Below are positions 28,144 to 37,529 of a stretch of DNA of 64,000 nucleotides, in pieces. A model generated the notes under the pieces. It did no database searches, had not been told where the DNA came from, and was given only the letters and a program-made list of their open reading frames with translations. The translations under genes were made by a program, and so were the position numbers. The stretch is from an uncultured Gammaproteobacteria bacterium. Its GTDB lineage: Bacteria > Pseudomonadota > Gammaproteobacteria > Competibacterales > JAHEDQ01. Positions within the stretch are counted from its first letter, which is position 1, and each line of letters begins with the position of its first letter. The stretch is from positions 15,905 through 79,904 of the forward strand of contig CAWAOU010000001.1 in NCBI GenBank assembly GCA_963783675.1, read 5' to 3'.

Positions 28144-29305
28144 AGCCCAGATCGCACCGCCCAACCGCGAGCGTTACACGCTGGACGGCGACGCGTCCGC
28201 CGAGGCCCGAATTGCCCGAGACCAGGCGCTGATAGCAGATGCGGTGCAAGCGCTGCTGGCGCCGCCAAAATTCCGAGCCCTGGTTCTCATGGGCGGCTAC
28301 GGCCGCGGGGAAGGGGGCTATGTCTTGCGAGACGGTCTGGCCGAGCCCTACAACGACTACGATTACTTCGTTGTCGTGAGCGGTCTCGACCGGACCCGGC
28401 GTCACTCGTTGGAGCAGGCTTTGGCGGAGCAGGCAAAGGCGCTCGAGCGTGACGTCGGGGTAGAAGTGGACTTCGCTCTGCTGCGCGAGGAAATGCTACC
28501 AAAGGCCGAATACTCGCTCATGAACGCGGAGATGATCTGGGGCCACCGCGTGGTGGCCGGTGTCGCGGACGTTCTGAAGGCGATGCCGCCCATGCCGTTC
28601 AACAGGCTGCCCCTCGGTGAGTTCACGCGACTGCTGCTCAACCGCGGTGCTTTGCTGCTAATGAATCAGAATCGGCTCATGAGCAGCCCGACGCTCAGCG
28701 CCGAAGAGCAGGAAGTCTTCTTCAAGTATCTTTTCAAGGCCATCCTGGCCGTCGGCGATGCCCGACTCGCGGGCAACCAAACCTACCACCCCTCCTATGT
28801 CCGGAAGCTGGATCTCCTGCACGCCACGGATTGGGAAGGGAAGGACGAGTTTATGGGTCTCTATGCTCAAGCCTGGGAGAATAAGTTTCATCCGGACTAC
28901 GGGCGTTACGCCAGGGAGACCCCTGCGATCTGGCAGGAACAGGTGGTTCGCATCTGGCTCGAGACCCTGTCCTGGTTCGAGCGGAAGCGAACTGGAAAGA
29001 GCATCGGTGACTGGGGCGCCTATTGCTCGCCAGCTACCCCTAAGGGTCAGGGACGAGGTTCCTGCGGCGGACTGCGCAATGTTGCGATCACGTTGCGCGA
29101 CTTCGGTTCGGCCGAGGTACTGCGGCACCCCAGCTGGTCCCTCCGCTACCCAAGAGAACGGTTGATCTCGGCGCTGCCGTTGCTCTTGTCGAGCCCGGGC
29201 ACGGCGGTGCCCCTGGCGCCAGCAACAGCACTTTCCTTGCCTTTGGGCACGCCATGGCCGAAGGCGGCGGAGACCTTCCTGCATTTGTGGCGGCGCTATG
29301 CCTGA
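28130..29305 (+). CDS. Uncharacterised Pol-beta-superfamily nucleotidyltransferase (GlnD-like GGYGRGE motif) with helical C-terminal region
   Basis: ALVLMGGYGRGEGGYVLRDGLAEPYNDYDYFVVV followed by GVEVDFALL fits the G[GS]x9-13DxD plus third-carboxylate pattern. No further family recognised. Overlaps the GT2 stop by 14 nt. Confidence 0.5.
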   Translation: MALPEAQIAPPNRERYTLDGDASAEARIARDQALIADAVQALLAPPKFRALVLMGGYGRGEGGYVLRDGLAEPYNDYDYFVVVSGLDRTRRHSLEQALAEQAKALERDVGVEVDFALLREEMLPKAEYSLMNAEMIWGHRVVAGVADVLKAMPPMPFNRLPLGEFTRLLLNRGALLLMNQNRLMSSPTLSAEEQEVFFKYLFKAILAVGDARLAGNQTYHPSYVRKLDLLHATDWEGKDEFMGLYAQAWENKFHPDYGRYARETPAIWQEQVVRIWLETLSWFERKRTGKSIGDWGAYCSPATPKGQGRGSCGGLRNVAITLRDFGSAEVLRHPSWSLRYPRERLISALPLLLSSPGTAVPLAPATALSLPLGTPWPKAAETFLHLWRRYA

Positions 29306-29426
29306 TGCACGCGGCCCCGACAGGCCCCGGACTGCTTTAGGGGAGCAGCGAGGCCTCTGATGCGGTACTCGATCGGCCCTGTTTGACAGACGACGATCGC
29401 CCAGTCGCAACCCGGAGAGGATCCAC

Positions 29427-31535
29427 ATGCCGACGGCAAACAGACCTGACTTGCTTTCCGTTGTAACCGAGGAATTTGGGTTCGAACGTGGATACCCGTT
29501 ACCCCTGGGCGCAACCGTCGAGCGGGGTGGAATCAATTTTGCGATCTTCTCCCGACACGCCACGGCCGTCACGCTGGTTCTCTTTTTGCCCGGCAGTGCG
29601 GCAGAAATTGCCGCCTTTCCGCTCGACCCCAAGCGCAATCGAACCGGTGACGTCTGGCATGCCTTCGTGGCCGGTCTAAACCCGGGAATAGAGTACGCGT
29701 ACAGAATGGACGGGCCGATATCGGTCCGCCACCGATTCGATGCCGAGGTTTTACTGGCGGACCCCTATGCGCTCGCCCTCAATGGGCGTCGCGTTTGGGG
29801 TGATTCCACCCACCAGTCGCCCGACGCCTTTCGCCGGGCGTTGATCGTCAGTCGCGATTATGACTGGGCGTTGGATCAGCCCATCAACCGACCGCTCGCG
29901 GATTCCGTGATCTACGAGCTGCATGTGCGTGGATTCACCCGAGACGCCAGCTCCCGCGTGGCCGGACCAGGCACATTCCGGGGTCTGGTCGAAAAGATAC
30001 CCCACCTGCTGGACCTCGGAATCACCGCCGTGGAGCTGTTGCCGGTCACCGAATTCGACGAGCTAGACAATGCTCGTGTGAACCCGGAGGACGGCTCTCC
30101 TTTGCGAAACCTCTGGGGGTATCATCCTTTGTCCTTTTTTGCCCTCAAAGCGGGATACGCCGCGGGCACAGGACCCGGCAGTGAGGTGAATGAATTCAAG
30201 GACATGGTAAAGGCACTGCACGCCGCGGGAATCGAGGTCATTCTTGACGTCGTCTACAACCACAGCGGCGAGGGTGATCACCGTGGTCCGGCGTACTCGT
30301 TGAAAGGGGTCGATAACAGCAGCTACTACATGCTTTCAGGTGACGGCAGCTACATGAATTTTTCCGGGTGCGGAAATACCATCAATTGCAATCACCCCTA
30401 TGTCAGACATTTCATCCTGGATAGTCTGCGCTACTGGGTAATGGAAATGCATGTCGACGGCTTCCGTTTCGACCTCGCATCGATTCTAGGGCGCGACCAG
30501 AACGGCAATGTGCTCTCAAGCCCCCCTTTGTTGGAGCAGATCGCCGGCGATCCGGTTCTCGCCGGCACAAAGCTGATCGCGGAGGCGTGGGATGCCGCGG
30601 GACTTTACCAGGTTGGACGTTTCCCAAACTGGGGACGTTGGGCGGAATGGAACGGTTACTTCCGCGATGACATCAGGCGCTTTGTCCGCGGTGACCCGGG
30701 TACGATAGGGCGCCTGGCGACACGGCTGGCCGGTAGCTCGGATCTCTTTCAGAGCGGCCGCGAGCCCGGCCATGGCATCAACTTCGTGACCAGCCATGAC
30801 GGGTTCACGTTGGCGGACCTGGTCAGCTACAACGGAAAGCACAATGATGCCAATGGGGAGGAGAATCGGGACGGCGACAACCACAATCTCAGTTGGAACT
30901 GCGGCGATGAAGGGCCGGCGAACGATCCCTCTATCCAAGTCCTGCGTGAGCGCCAGGTGCGCAACTTCGCGACGCTGCTCCTCCTCTCGCGCGGCGTGCC
31001 GATGATTCTGGCCGGAGACGAAATGGGGCGTACGCAAGGGGGCAACAACAATGCCTACTGCCAGGACGACCGCACTAGCTGGATGGACTGGGACCGGCTG
31101 GAATCCAATCGAAGCCTTTACCGCTTCTTCAAGCTGTTGATCGCTTTCAGAAAGGCACACCAGTTACTGCGCCACGACAGCTTTACGGTGAGAGACGGTC
31201 TCGGTCCCGAAATCAACTGGCACGGATTCCGTCTGGGGGAACCGGACTGGGGTGACGAGTCAAGAAGCCTCGCCATGCATCTGAGCGGATATACGCAGCA
31301 AGGGCAGGCCGAGGATATTTACCTGATGGCGAACGCCCATTGGGAGGCCCACGACTTCGCTCTGCCGACACTCCAGCCCCGACGCTGGTGCCGACTTGTC
31401 GATACGTCCCGTGAGGGTGATGATGCAATCGAGGAGCCAAATGCGTTGCTACCCCTTGAGAATCTCAATCGATATGAAGTCGGGAGCCGAAGCGTCGTTG
31501 TGCTCGTTTCCGAAGGGAGCCGCGGGTCTGCCTAA
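29427..31535 (+). CDS. glgX: Glycogen debranching enzyme GlgX (GH13)
   Basis: YPLGATVERGGINFAIFSRHATAV...VIYELHVRGFT...GITAVELLPV...NLWGYHP...VILDVVYNHSGEG...DGFRFDLASILGRD...LIAEAWDAAGLYQVG...INFVTSHDGFTL. Confidence 0.9.
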   Translation: MPTANRPDLLSVVTEEFGFERGYPLPLGATVERGGINFAIFSRHATAVTLVLFLPGSAAEIAAFPLDPKRNRTGDVWHAFVAGLNPGIEYAYRMDGPISVRHRFDAEVLLADPYALALNGRRVWGDSTHQSPDAFRRALIVSRDYDWALDQPINRPLADSVIYELHVRGFTRDASSRVAGPGTFRGLVEKIPHLLDLGITAVELLPVTEFDELDNARVNPEDGSPLRNLWGYHPLSFFALKAGYAAGTGPGSEVNEFKDMVKALHAAGIEVILDVVYNHSGEGDHRGPAYSLKGVDNSSYYMLSGDGSYMNFSGCGNTINCNHPYVRHFILDSLRYWVMEMHVDGFRFDLASILGRDQNGNVLSSPPLLEQIAGDPVLAGTKLIAEAWDAAGLYQVGRFPNWGRWAEWNGYFRDDIRRFVRGDPGTIGRLATRLAGSSDLFQSGREPGHGINFVTSHDGFTLADLVSYNGKHNDANGEENRDGDNHNLSWNCGDEGPANDPSIQVLRERQVRNFATLLLLSRGVPMILAGDEMGRTQGGNNNAYCQDDRTSWMDWDRLESNRSLYRFFKLLIAFRKAHQLLRHDSFTVRDGLGPEINWHGFRLGEPDWGDESRSLAMHLSGYTQQGQAEDIYLMANAHWEAHDFALPTLQPRRWCRLVDTSREGDDAIEEPNALLPLENLNRYEVGSRSVVVLVSEGSRGSA

Positions 31536-32953
31536 TGATCGATCTGTGCGAGCGATCGATTGTTCTTGTCTTTCGCTGGATTTTCTTGCTTGTAGGCACC
31601 GAAGAGCCTTGCAGCTAACTTCTCGCTCTCCCGAGAGAAATAGGCCGCGCTCATCGAGTCCGCCGGGGCATCCAGGATGACATGGATACCCGGCGTCGCA
31701 AATGGGGAGAAGCTCGCGACAAGATAGTCCGCGTAACTGGATTTCAGCTCCCCTTCGTGAATGAAGAAATCACGCATCCACAGGTTCCCCCCTGTCAGGA
31801 CCTCTTTCTGACCGGGTACCGGCTCGAGAATCAGACCGCGAAATCGCATGCATGCGGCCAGTGAATGGTGGCGTCCGTCGCCGAAGGCACCGTACCAATA
31901 CGCTCGGATGTCCACCGGTTGCCCGGTCAATCTTAGCTGATAGCTGTTGAACGTAAGCTGTTTGGTCATCACGCCGCCCGGCGGGCGCTCGACTGGATGT
32001 GCGATGCCGATGAAGGTCGATAGTGCTAACGGCGCGATGCCCAGCAGCGCCAGGGTGACGATCTCCGGTGCTTTTGGTGGGATTGCCGCACTGGGTGGCT
32101 TGGACTGTGGTTCGCCGCGGACCATCAGATAGACCCTGTAGACGAGCGCAGCGCCCACGAGAACTTGCCATTCCGGCCGCATGGCCAGAAGAGAAACAGT
32201 GCCGGACAGGATGATGACGCCGGTCCAGGAGGACAGCAACTTCCACGAAACGAGCCGGGGGCAAACCAGCAGCCAGGGGATCCAAAGGGATTCCATGTTC
32301 GACCAAGCGATCAACAGGGCGCCAATAGCCCATACCGCGTAGGCGGCGAGCAGTCGCGGCGGGGCGGTTTCCGCCACCCCGCTATGAGCGAGAAAGAACA
32401 GCGTAGCAAGGGCGACGAGACTGCCACCCGGGGAGAAGATCGCAGGCGCGAGCAGGGCCAGAACGAGGCTGAGATAAATGATCTCGATCCAGCGCGTGCG
32501 ATCTGCACGCCTCAGGTCTTCGATGAACAGGAACAGGAACGGCACAAGCCACAGGAAGCCGACCAGGTAGTGCAGTTCCTCGCTTTCCCAAGCCGGGTAG
32601 AACGCGTAGCGGTAACCCGCTAGTGTGAGGATGCGTAGCATGTTGGCAAGCAAGGCGGCCGGGACGCAGAGCAGCAGCCTCAATACCAGGGCCCAGTCGA
32701 ACGGACGCTGCCGATTGGCCCACAGGGTGACGCCCCAGAGGATGATCAAGGTGTTGACGCCGGAACAGTCCTGCGTCCAGGGAAGGACGAGATCGCCCAG
32801 CACGATGTCCGTGCCCCGATTGACTGCCTCGATGCCGAACGCCGTCGCGGCCCCCGTGACGAGGGGGCGTGACAGGTAGGAGAGCACCTCTGTCAGGTTG
32901 GCGGCGTGCAGGAGCAGGAAGATGACCCCTAGCAGAAGCAAATTGTGGATCAT
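31532..32953 (-). CDS. Exosortase-family protein fused to an EpsI-like C-terminal domain; atypical domain order
   Basis: Cys/Arg/His signature: WTQDCSGVNTLIIL (C63), LLANMLRILTL (R107), ELHYLVGFLW (H128). About 5 further TM segments follow, then a Pro-rich linker, a TM, and AYWYGAFGDGRHHSLAACMRFRG (EpsI-like HSxxxC). ATGA overlap with the upstream gene. Confidence 0.75.
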   Translation of the reverse strand: MIHNLLLLGVIFLLLHAANLTEVLSYLSRPLVTGAATAFGIEAVNRGTDIVLGDLVLPWTQDCSGVNTLIILWGVTLWANRQRPFDWALVLRLLLCVPAALLANMLRILTLAGYRYAFYPAWESEELHYLVGFLWLVPFLFLFIEDLRRADRTRWIEIIYLSLVLALLAPAIFSPGGSLVALATLFFLAHSGVAETAPPRLLAAYAVWAIGALLIAWSNMESLWIPWLLVCPRLVSWKLLSSWTGVIILSGTVSLLAMRPEWQVLVGAALVYRVYLMVRGEPQSKPPSAAIPPKAPEIVTLALLGIAPLALSTFIGIAHPVERPPGGVMTKQLTFNSYQLRLTGQPVDIRAYWYGAFGDGRHHSLAACMRFRGLILEPVPGQKEVLTGGNLWMRDFFIHEGELKSSYADYLVASFSPFATPGIHVILDAPADSMSAAYFSRESEKLAARLFGAYKQENPAKDKNNRSLAQIDH

Positions 32954-34042
32954 TGCGCGGAGGCCGTCATTTCAGTCACCCAGTCCTTCACCTCGGCGTC
33001 TCCGTGACGCCGCTTCAGTTCCTGGCCCCACCGATCCGTCTCGATCTGCTCTTTAAGCTCCACGGCGGATAAGAAAAGCAGCAGCACGGTTTCCGTAGAC
33101 AGCTTGATAGGCTCGCTTTCGCGGTGGGAGGCAACGAGCTCGGCATATTTCCGCCCGACAAACAGCTTGCGATCGTTGATCAGCTGCTTGGCCGACGCGA
33201 TGGCGATCTGGCCGGCCGGTGTGTTCGCTTCGATTTCCTGCCTGAGTTGGCGTTTGAAAACCTCCACGTCCGGTGGGGCCGCCTCGCTGCGCGCCACCTC
33301 TCGAAGCGGTGCGACCAGCGTCTTCTTCACTCGGCCCGACGCCAGGGCGCCGCCGATCAGTTTGCGCAGATCCGTGGCCAGTCCCTGGTGGGTGCCTATC
33401 CGCTGAAGAGATTCCAGGTCATAACGGGCCCAACTCCCGGGGTCGGTACGCATATAGCTGCCGAGTGCCTCCCTCAGGTTGCCGTCCAGAGCCTGCACCC
33501 GTGCACGAATTAGCGGAGGGACCTTTCCTTCCGCAACCGCTGTACGGAGTTCCGTGAGGTAAGGGTCCGGGCTGTCCGGGTGCAGCGTCTGCTGGAGTCG
33601 ATGCGGGGCGTAAAGGAAGGCAGGGGGTATGGCCTGGTGGTCCAGGGTATCGAAGGTGGCCAGCGCCTTCTCAGGCGTCTGCTGCAGGATAAGCAGGAGC
33701 GCGCGCAGATAGATCGCTGGCGGTATGTGCACGCCGTCGACAAGTTGAATCAGGCGCTCGATTTCGCCCGCGTCGGCTCCGACTGTCTGAAGCAGCTGGT
33801 TGATTTCTTCCCATCGAAGGGTTTGCAGTTCGGCTTGTGTTAAAGGCGGCTGGGCCGCGAATCGCGGCGTTCCGGCAGTCGCAGAGGTTTCCGTTTGAGG
33901 TTTCTCTCCGACGGGACCCTCTCGGGCCGCGATAAAACCAGAGGCCGGCCACCACGGCAACCGCGCCGGCGACCCCTAACGCGGGCCACCAAGGTTTGCC
34001 GCGCTGGCGTTCAACCGATGCCTTGACGGTCTCCCGCTTCAC
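32950..34042 (-). CDS. Membrane-anchored alpha-helical protein of unknown function; apparent 1-nt frameshift in a T4 run (plus-strand A4 at 33934-33937)
   Basis: MKRETVKASVERQRGKPWWPALGVAGAVAVVAGLWF (start coupled by 4-nt overlap to the PEP-CTERM gene stop) joins IAAREGPVGEKPQTETS... of ORF 32950..33960 if one T is removed. No family recognised. Confidence 0.5.
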
Positions 34043-34833
34043 CTGCGTTTCTTTCGCGACAGCAGGATGAGGGGCACTGCCCCCAGCAGAATCCAGTGGG
34101 GCTCGGGGGCGCCGCTCGGTGCGGCGATATCGCCCCCGCTCGGTGTCGAGGCAGTATAGGCAACGGTAGTGGGGGCATCCGCAAGACCGATGTTGGCATT
34201 GTCGAGGAGTTGGGCATCTGCCTCTGCCAGAATGGCGAAATCCTCGAAGCCTGCGGAGTAGTCGAAGAACTCTTCATTGTCACCGGCGTTTTTCGCGGTA
34301 TCCAGGAAGGTCACATTGATCTGCGCACCGAGGATATCGCCGGTGAAGTTGACATCCTGGATTTCGATCACATCGTCAAAGGTCGACAGGTCGAAACCAG
34401 AGACGGTGCTCGAGATCTGGCTGCTGCCCGTTTGACCGAATAGGGTGTTGTATTCTGCCGCCGCCGTGTCTCCCGCCTCGAGGATCATGGCGGTGGTGTT
34501 CGTGTAAAAGGTGGTGAAACTGAAGGTCCCTTCAGTGGTCTGGATGATCAGGCCCATCTCCTTGATCGCAACGCCCTGGGACGTGGACTTCTCCAGCCCG
34601 GAGGCGCTTTCATTGAGGTCCACGCCGAGAAACAGGGTTCCACCGCTCAGGGCACCCTGCAGCTCGGCAGCGGTCACGTCCTGCATCACATCGATGGTAC
34701 CGCCCCCGGATTTGATCGTGTCTGTCAATACAGCCGGAATCTCCGCATGCGCAGAGCTACCGAACAAGAGCGCCGCCAGTGCCAGGCCGGCACCCGACAA
34801 GCGGATCGCGAACATTTCTACCTGATCGGACAT
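34039..34833 (-). CDS. PEP-CTERM sorting-signal protein (putative exosortase substrate)
   Basis: Signal peptide MFAIRLSGAGLALAALLFGSSAHA. The C-terminus ...APSGAPEPHWILLGAVPLILLSRKKRR is PEP, then a TM helix, then a basic tail. Start 34833 or 34815. Confidence 0.8.
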   Translation of the reverse strand: MSDQVEMFAIRLSGAGLALAALLFGSSAHAEIPAVLTDTIKSGGGTIDVMQDVTAAELQGALSGGTLFLGVDLNESASGLEKSTSQGVAIKEMGLIIQTTEGTFSFTTFYTNTTAMILEAGDTAAAEYNTLFGQTGSSQISSTVSGFDLSTFDDVIEIQDVNFTGDILGAQINVTFLDTAKNAGDNEEFFDYSAGFEDFAILAEADAQLLDNANIGLADAPTTVAYTASTPSGGDIAAPSGAPEPHWILLGAVPLILLSRKKRR

Positions 34834-35158
34834 ACTCTCACCAAATTCCGTCGCAACGCCGCACTCGCTCTCGGAGCGGGTTCTTTTAATAGTTTGCGTA
34901 GATGCAGATTGCGCGCCAACCTTGAGTGAGGGGTGCTGGGCAGGATTCGCCGGAGCGTTCCTTTGCACTTTGCTCCGATTGCATCTCCATTTTGCATTCT
35001 GCGACGCAAGATGGCTTCTGGCCAATCAATAACGCGAAGAGGCCTCCGCAGGGGCCGGAATCTCAAGTGGCAACGCTGATCTGATGCGAGACGTCCGTAA
35101 TGCCGTCCGTGCCCACGAGCAAGCTCGCTGTGTTTCGTAACGTTTGCCCAGCTCGGGT

Positions 35159-37528
35159 TCAATAGCGAATTTTGTCCAGCGCGTCGATGTCCTCCTTGAG
35201 TCCGAGCCGGCGCAACAGCCCGAAGGCCAGCCCCACCTGGGCATAGTCCGCCACCGTGGGTTCGGACATGGGCGGAAGGCCCCGGGCATCGGTGTAGCGG
35301 CGCAGCACCGGGTAGCTGTGCGCAAAGTCGGCCGCATTCTTTGGCTGGGGATCGGCTGGCTTGCCGGGCGGCAGATAGGAGTCGTTGACGGCACGCATCT
35401 CGTTCCAAAGGGCGGGGAGATGGAAGTGAGGCCCGAGCACCGGGATGCCCGCCAGGGGTTCGCCCGGGGCGTCCGGGCGGGTCAGTTTCGACAGCGGGAA
35501 ACGCGGCGATCGAGCACCGAACCCCGTGAGGTAGCAGATGGATTGCGGGTTGGCGCCGAGTTGTGTATGCGGGCTCTGCCAGGCCCAGTCCAGATAGTCG
35601 GTCTTGCCGGTCAGCCGATAGGCCTGGAGCAGGGGCAGGGTGGCACGGGTGGAGAGGGCGAAGGAACCCCACCCGACTAAGCCGATTGCCTGGTGGGTGG
35701 GTGCCCGGAAGGGGTGCTCCTGGGCCTTGCGAATCCGCCAGTCTGCGGCGGCGATGAGCTTGGACCGGGCCTCGGCGATCCAGCGCGGGTCCTTGCCGTC
35801 GCCGTCCGCCAGAAGGTAGGCCCAGAGTCCGGCCAGGGCGAAATCCTTGAAGCTGACCCCCGCCGTGGGGTCGATCTTGAGCCGCGGCAAGACCTGCTCG
35901 AAGGCGTCGCGGTAGCGCGGCTCGCCGGTTGTGCGGTACAGCTCAGCGGCGGCCCACAAGACGTTGTCCTTCGCCGAGGCGTCGGCGTAGTCCCCTGCAT
36001 GGACGTCCGACGGGTTCTTGTAGCGCTGGCCCTCGGCGGGCCACTGCGAGTGAGACTGTAAGAAGTCCCAAGCCGCCTTGGATGCCGCTAGTACCCGCGC
36101 GGCGCGCTCGGGTCGGTAGGCCCGGATCGCCCGGGCGTGCAAGGCGCAGGTGGCGGCAAAGGCGGCGGTGGCGTGGGTGGTCTTTTCGGCCAGCAGGCGG
36201 GGGCTGCGGATCCGATTCGGCGGTACGTCGTCCCAGGTCCGGCTGGCCAGCCGAAACCAGACCCCACCGTCGGACGGGTCCTGCATTGCGAGCAGCCAGT
36301 CCATGCCCCACTCAAGTTCGTCCAGTAGGTCCGGGATACCGTTGCCCGACTCGGGTATGTTCAGGTCGCCGTCCTCGAAACGCCCAGGGGCCAGGTCCAG
36401 GGCCGCCCCAGCGAAGAACCAGATCGGGGCGGCGTTGGGCACATATTGACCATAGTCGCCGGCGTCGAACCAGCCCCGTTGCACTGGGTGCCTGGCCGCG
36501 GGGCCTGTGTCGGTGGCGCTGCCGCGGCTGAGGGGTGACCCGGCCACTGCCGGGTGGAAGGTCGCGTCCATGCCTTCCGGGACCCCCCCCTTGGGTCGTT
36601 CGTAACCCGGTTCGGCCCAGGGGGCTGTGACCGGGGTACTGTTGCGGCTGTGGTAGAAGAGGCGCATGACTGCGCGATAGGGGGCATCGTAGACCTCCCC
36701 AGCAATGGCAAAGGCGTCTGAGGTCCCGATCCCGGGGACCCGCAGCCGGTAGCGTCCCGGTCGGTCAAGGGCGGTAAAGTCGGCCTCGAAGACATCGTTG
36801 CCGCTCCAGGGGTCGGCGGGGGTGCTGAGGCGGACCTGGCCCGCGAAGACGGTTTTCCCAGTCTCGGTGTCGAGCACTTCGAACCCGGTCGCGTCCAGCG
36901 CAAGGGGGCCGGCGCTGCCCATCCAGTTGCCGAGGAAGGCGATCTTGCGTGACCCGGGTGCGTAACCGACCTGATCGACTTGAATGGAACTCGAGGGCTG
37001 ATCGGGGTTAAAGCGGACAGGGACCGATGCACAGGCCGGCGGAGCTATTGCGGCGGTGCGATCCGGCCCCGAGGGTACCGCCGCGCAAACGTCTAGGCGG
37101 TAGTCCACGCCCGGCCTCAACGGCTCGGGAAACAGTAGGTGTAGACGGGACTCAAGCAGCGGTCGCTTTGTTGCATCGAAGCCCACCACCTGGCGGTCGC
37201 TGCCGACGCGGACCGCGGCCACTCGGAATTGGTAGGCCGGGTCCGCGTTCGATGTCAGGGTGTAAGCGGCGGGGTCGCGGGTTGCAGCGGGCAGGTCGAT
37301 GGCATCGAGACCCAGGGACAGGGCCCGTTCGGAGCGGGTCTCGATCCATAGCACCGGGCCGTGGGGCAGGGGCCTAGCCTGGCGGTCGGAGTTGTCGGCC
37401 AGCGGCGAGCCGATGCCCCGTTCGACCACCGACGGCGCGATTTCGGTACTGCCCGGACCGGTGGCCAGCCCAACTGCGAGAAGGGCGACCAGGATCCCGT
37501 GCGCTGCCGTCCATCTCCGCCCGGGCAC
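35159..37528 (-). CDS. Secreted glycoside hydrolase family 9 (endoglucanase-like) with N-terminal Ig-like region
   Basis: GWFDAGDYGQYVPNAAPIW...IPDLLDELEWGMDWLLAMQDPSDGGV...DNVLWAAAELYRTTGEPRY...ICYLTGFG...MSEPTVADYAQ (NEVA-type acid). Confidence 0.75.
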   Translation of the reverse strand: MPGRRWTAAHGILVALLAVGLATGPGSTEIAPSVVERGIGSPLADNSDRQARPLPHGPVLWIETRSERALSLGLDAIDLPAATRDPAAYTLTSNADPAYQFRVAAVRVGSDRQVVGFDATKRPLLESRLHLLFPEPLRPGVDYRLDVCAAVPSGPDRTAAIAPPACASVPVRFNPDQPSSSIQVDQVGYAPGSRKIAFLGNWMGSAGPLALDATGFEVLDTETGKTVFAGQVRLSTPADPWSGNDVFEADFTALDRPGRYRLRVPGIGTSDAFAIAGEVYDAPYRAVMRLFYHSRNSTPVTAPWAEPGYERPKGGVPEGMDATFHPAVAGSPLSRGSATDTGPAARHPVQRGWFDAGDYGQYVPNAAPIWFFAGAALDLAPGRFEDGDLNIPESGNGIPDLLDELEWGMDWLLAMQDPSDGGVWFRLASRTWDDVPPNRIRSPRLLAEKTTHATAAFAATCALHARAIRAYRPERAARVLAASKAAWDFLQSHSQWPAEGQRYKNPSDVHAGDYADASAKDNVLWAAAELYRTTGEPRYRDAFEQVLPRLKIDPTAGVSFKDFALAGLWAYLLADGDGKDPRWIAEARSKLIAAADWRIRKAQEHPFRAPTHQAIGLVGWGSFALSTRATLPLLQAYRLTGKTDYLDWAWQSPHTQLGANPQSICYLTGFGARSPRFPLSKLTRPDAPGEPLAGIPVLGPHFHLPALWNEMRAVNDSYLPPGKPADPQPKNAADFAHSYPVLRRYTDARGLPPMSEPTVADYAQVGLAFGLLRRLGLKEDIDALDKIRY

Positions 37529-37529
37529 G

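Noticed and set aside
31532-32953. Firm claim that the exosortase is a circular permutant.
   Set aside because: Only the unusual position of the Cys-Arg-His triad and the extra C-terminal TM block are visible. Weak resemblance of FFLAHSGV to the N-terminal exosortase motif is not enough. It is kept as a hypothesis inside the finding.
35159-37528. Reading the GH9 as part of a bacterial cellulose synthase (bcs) operon.
   Set aside because: No BcsA/BcsB-like genes are in the window. The context is a Wzx/Wzy, PEP-CTERM-type locus.
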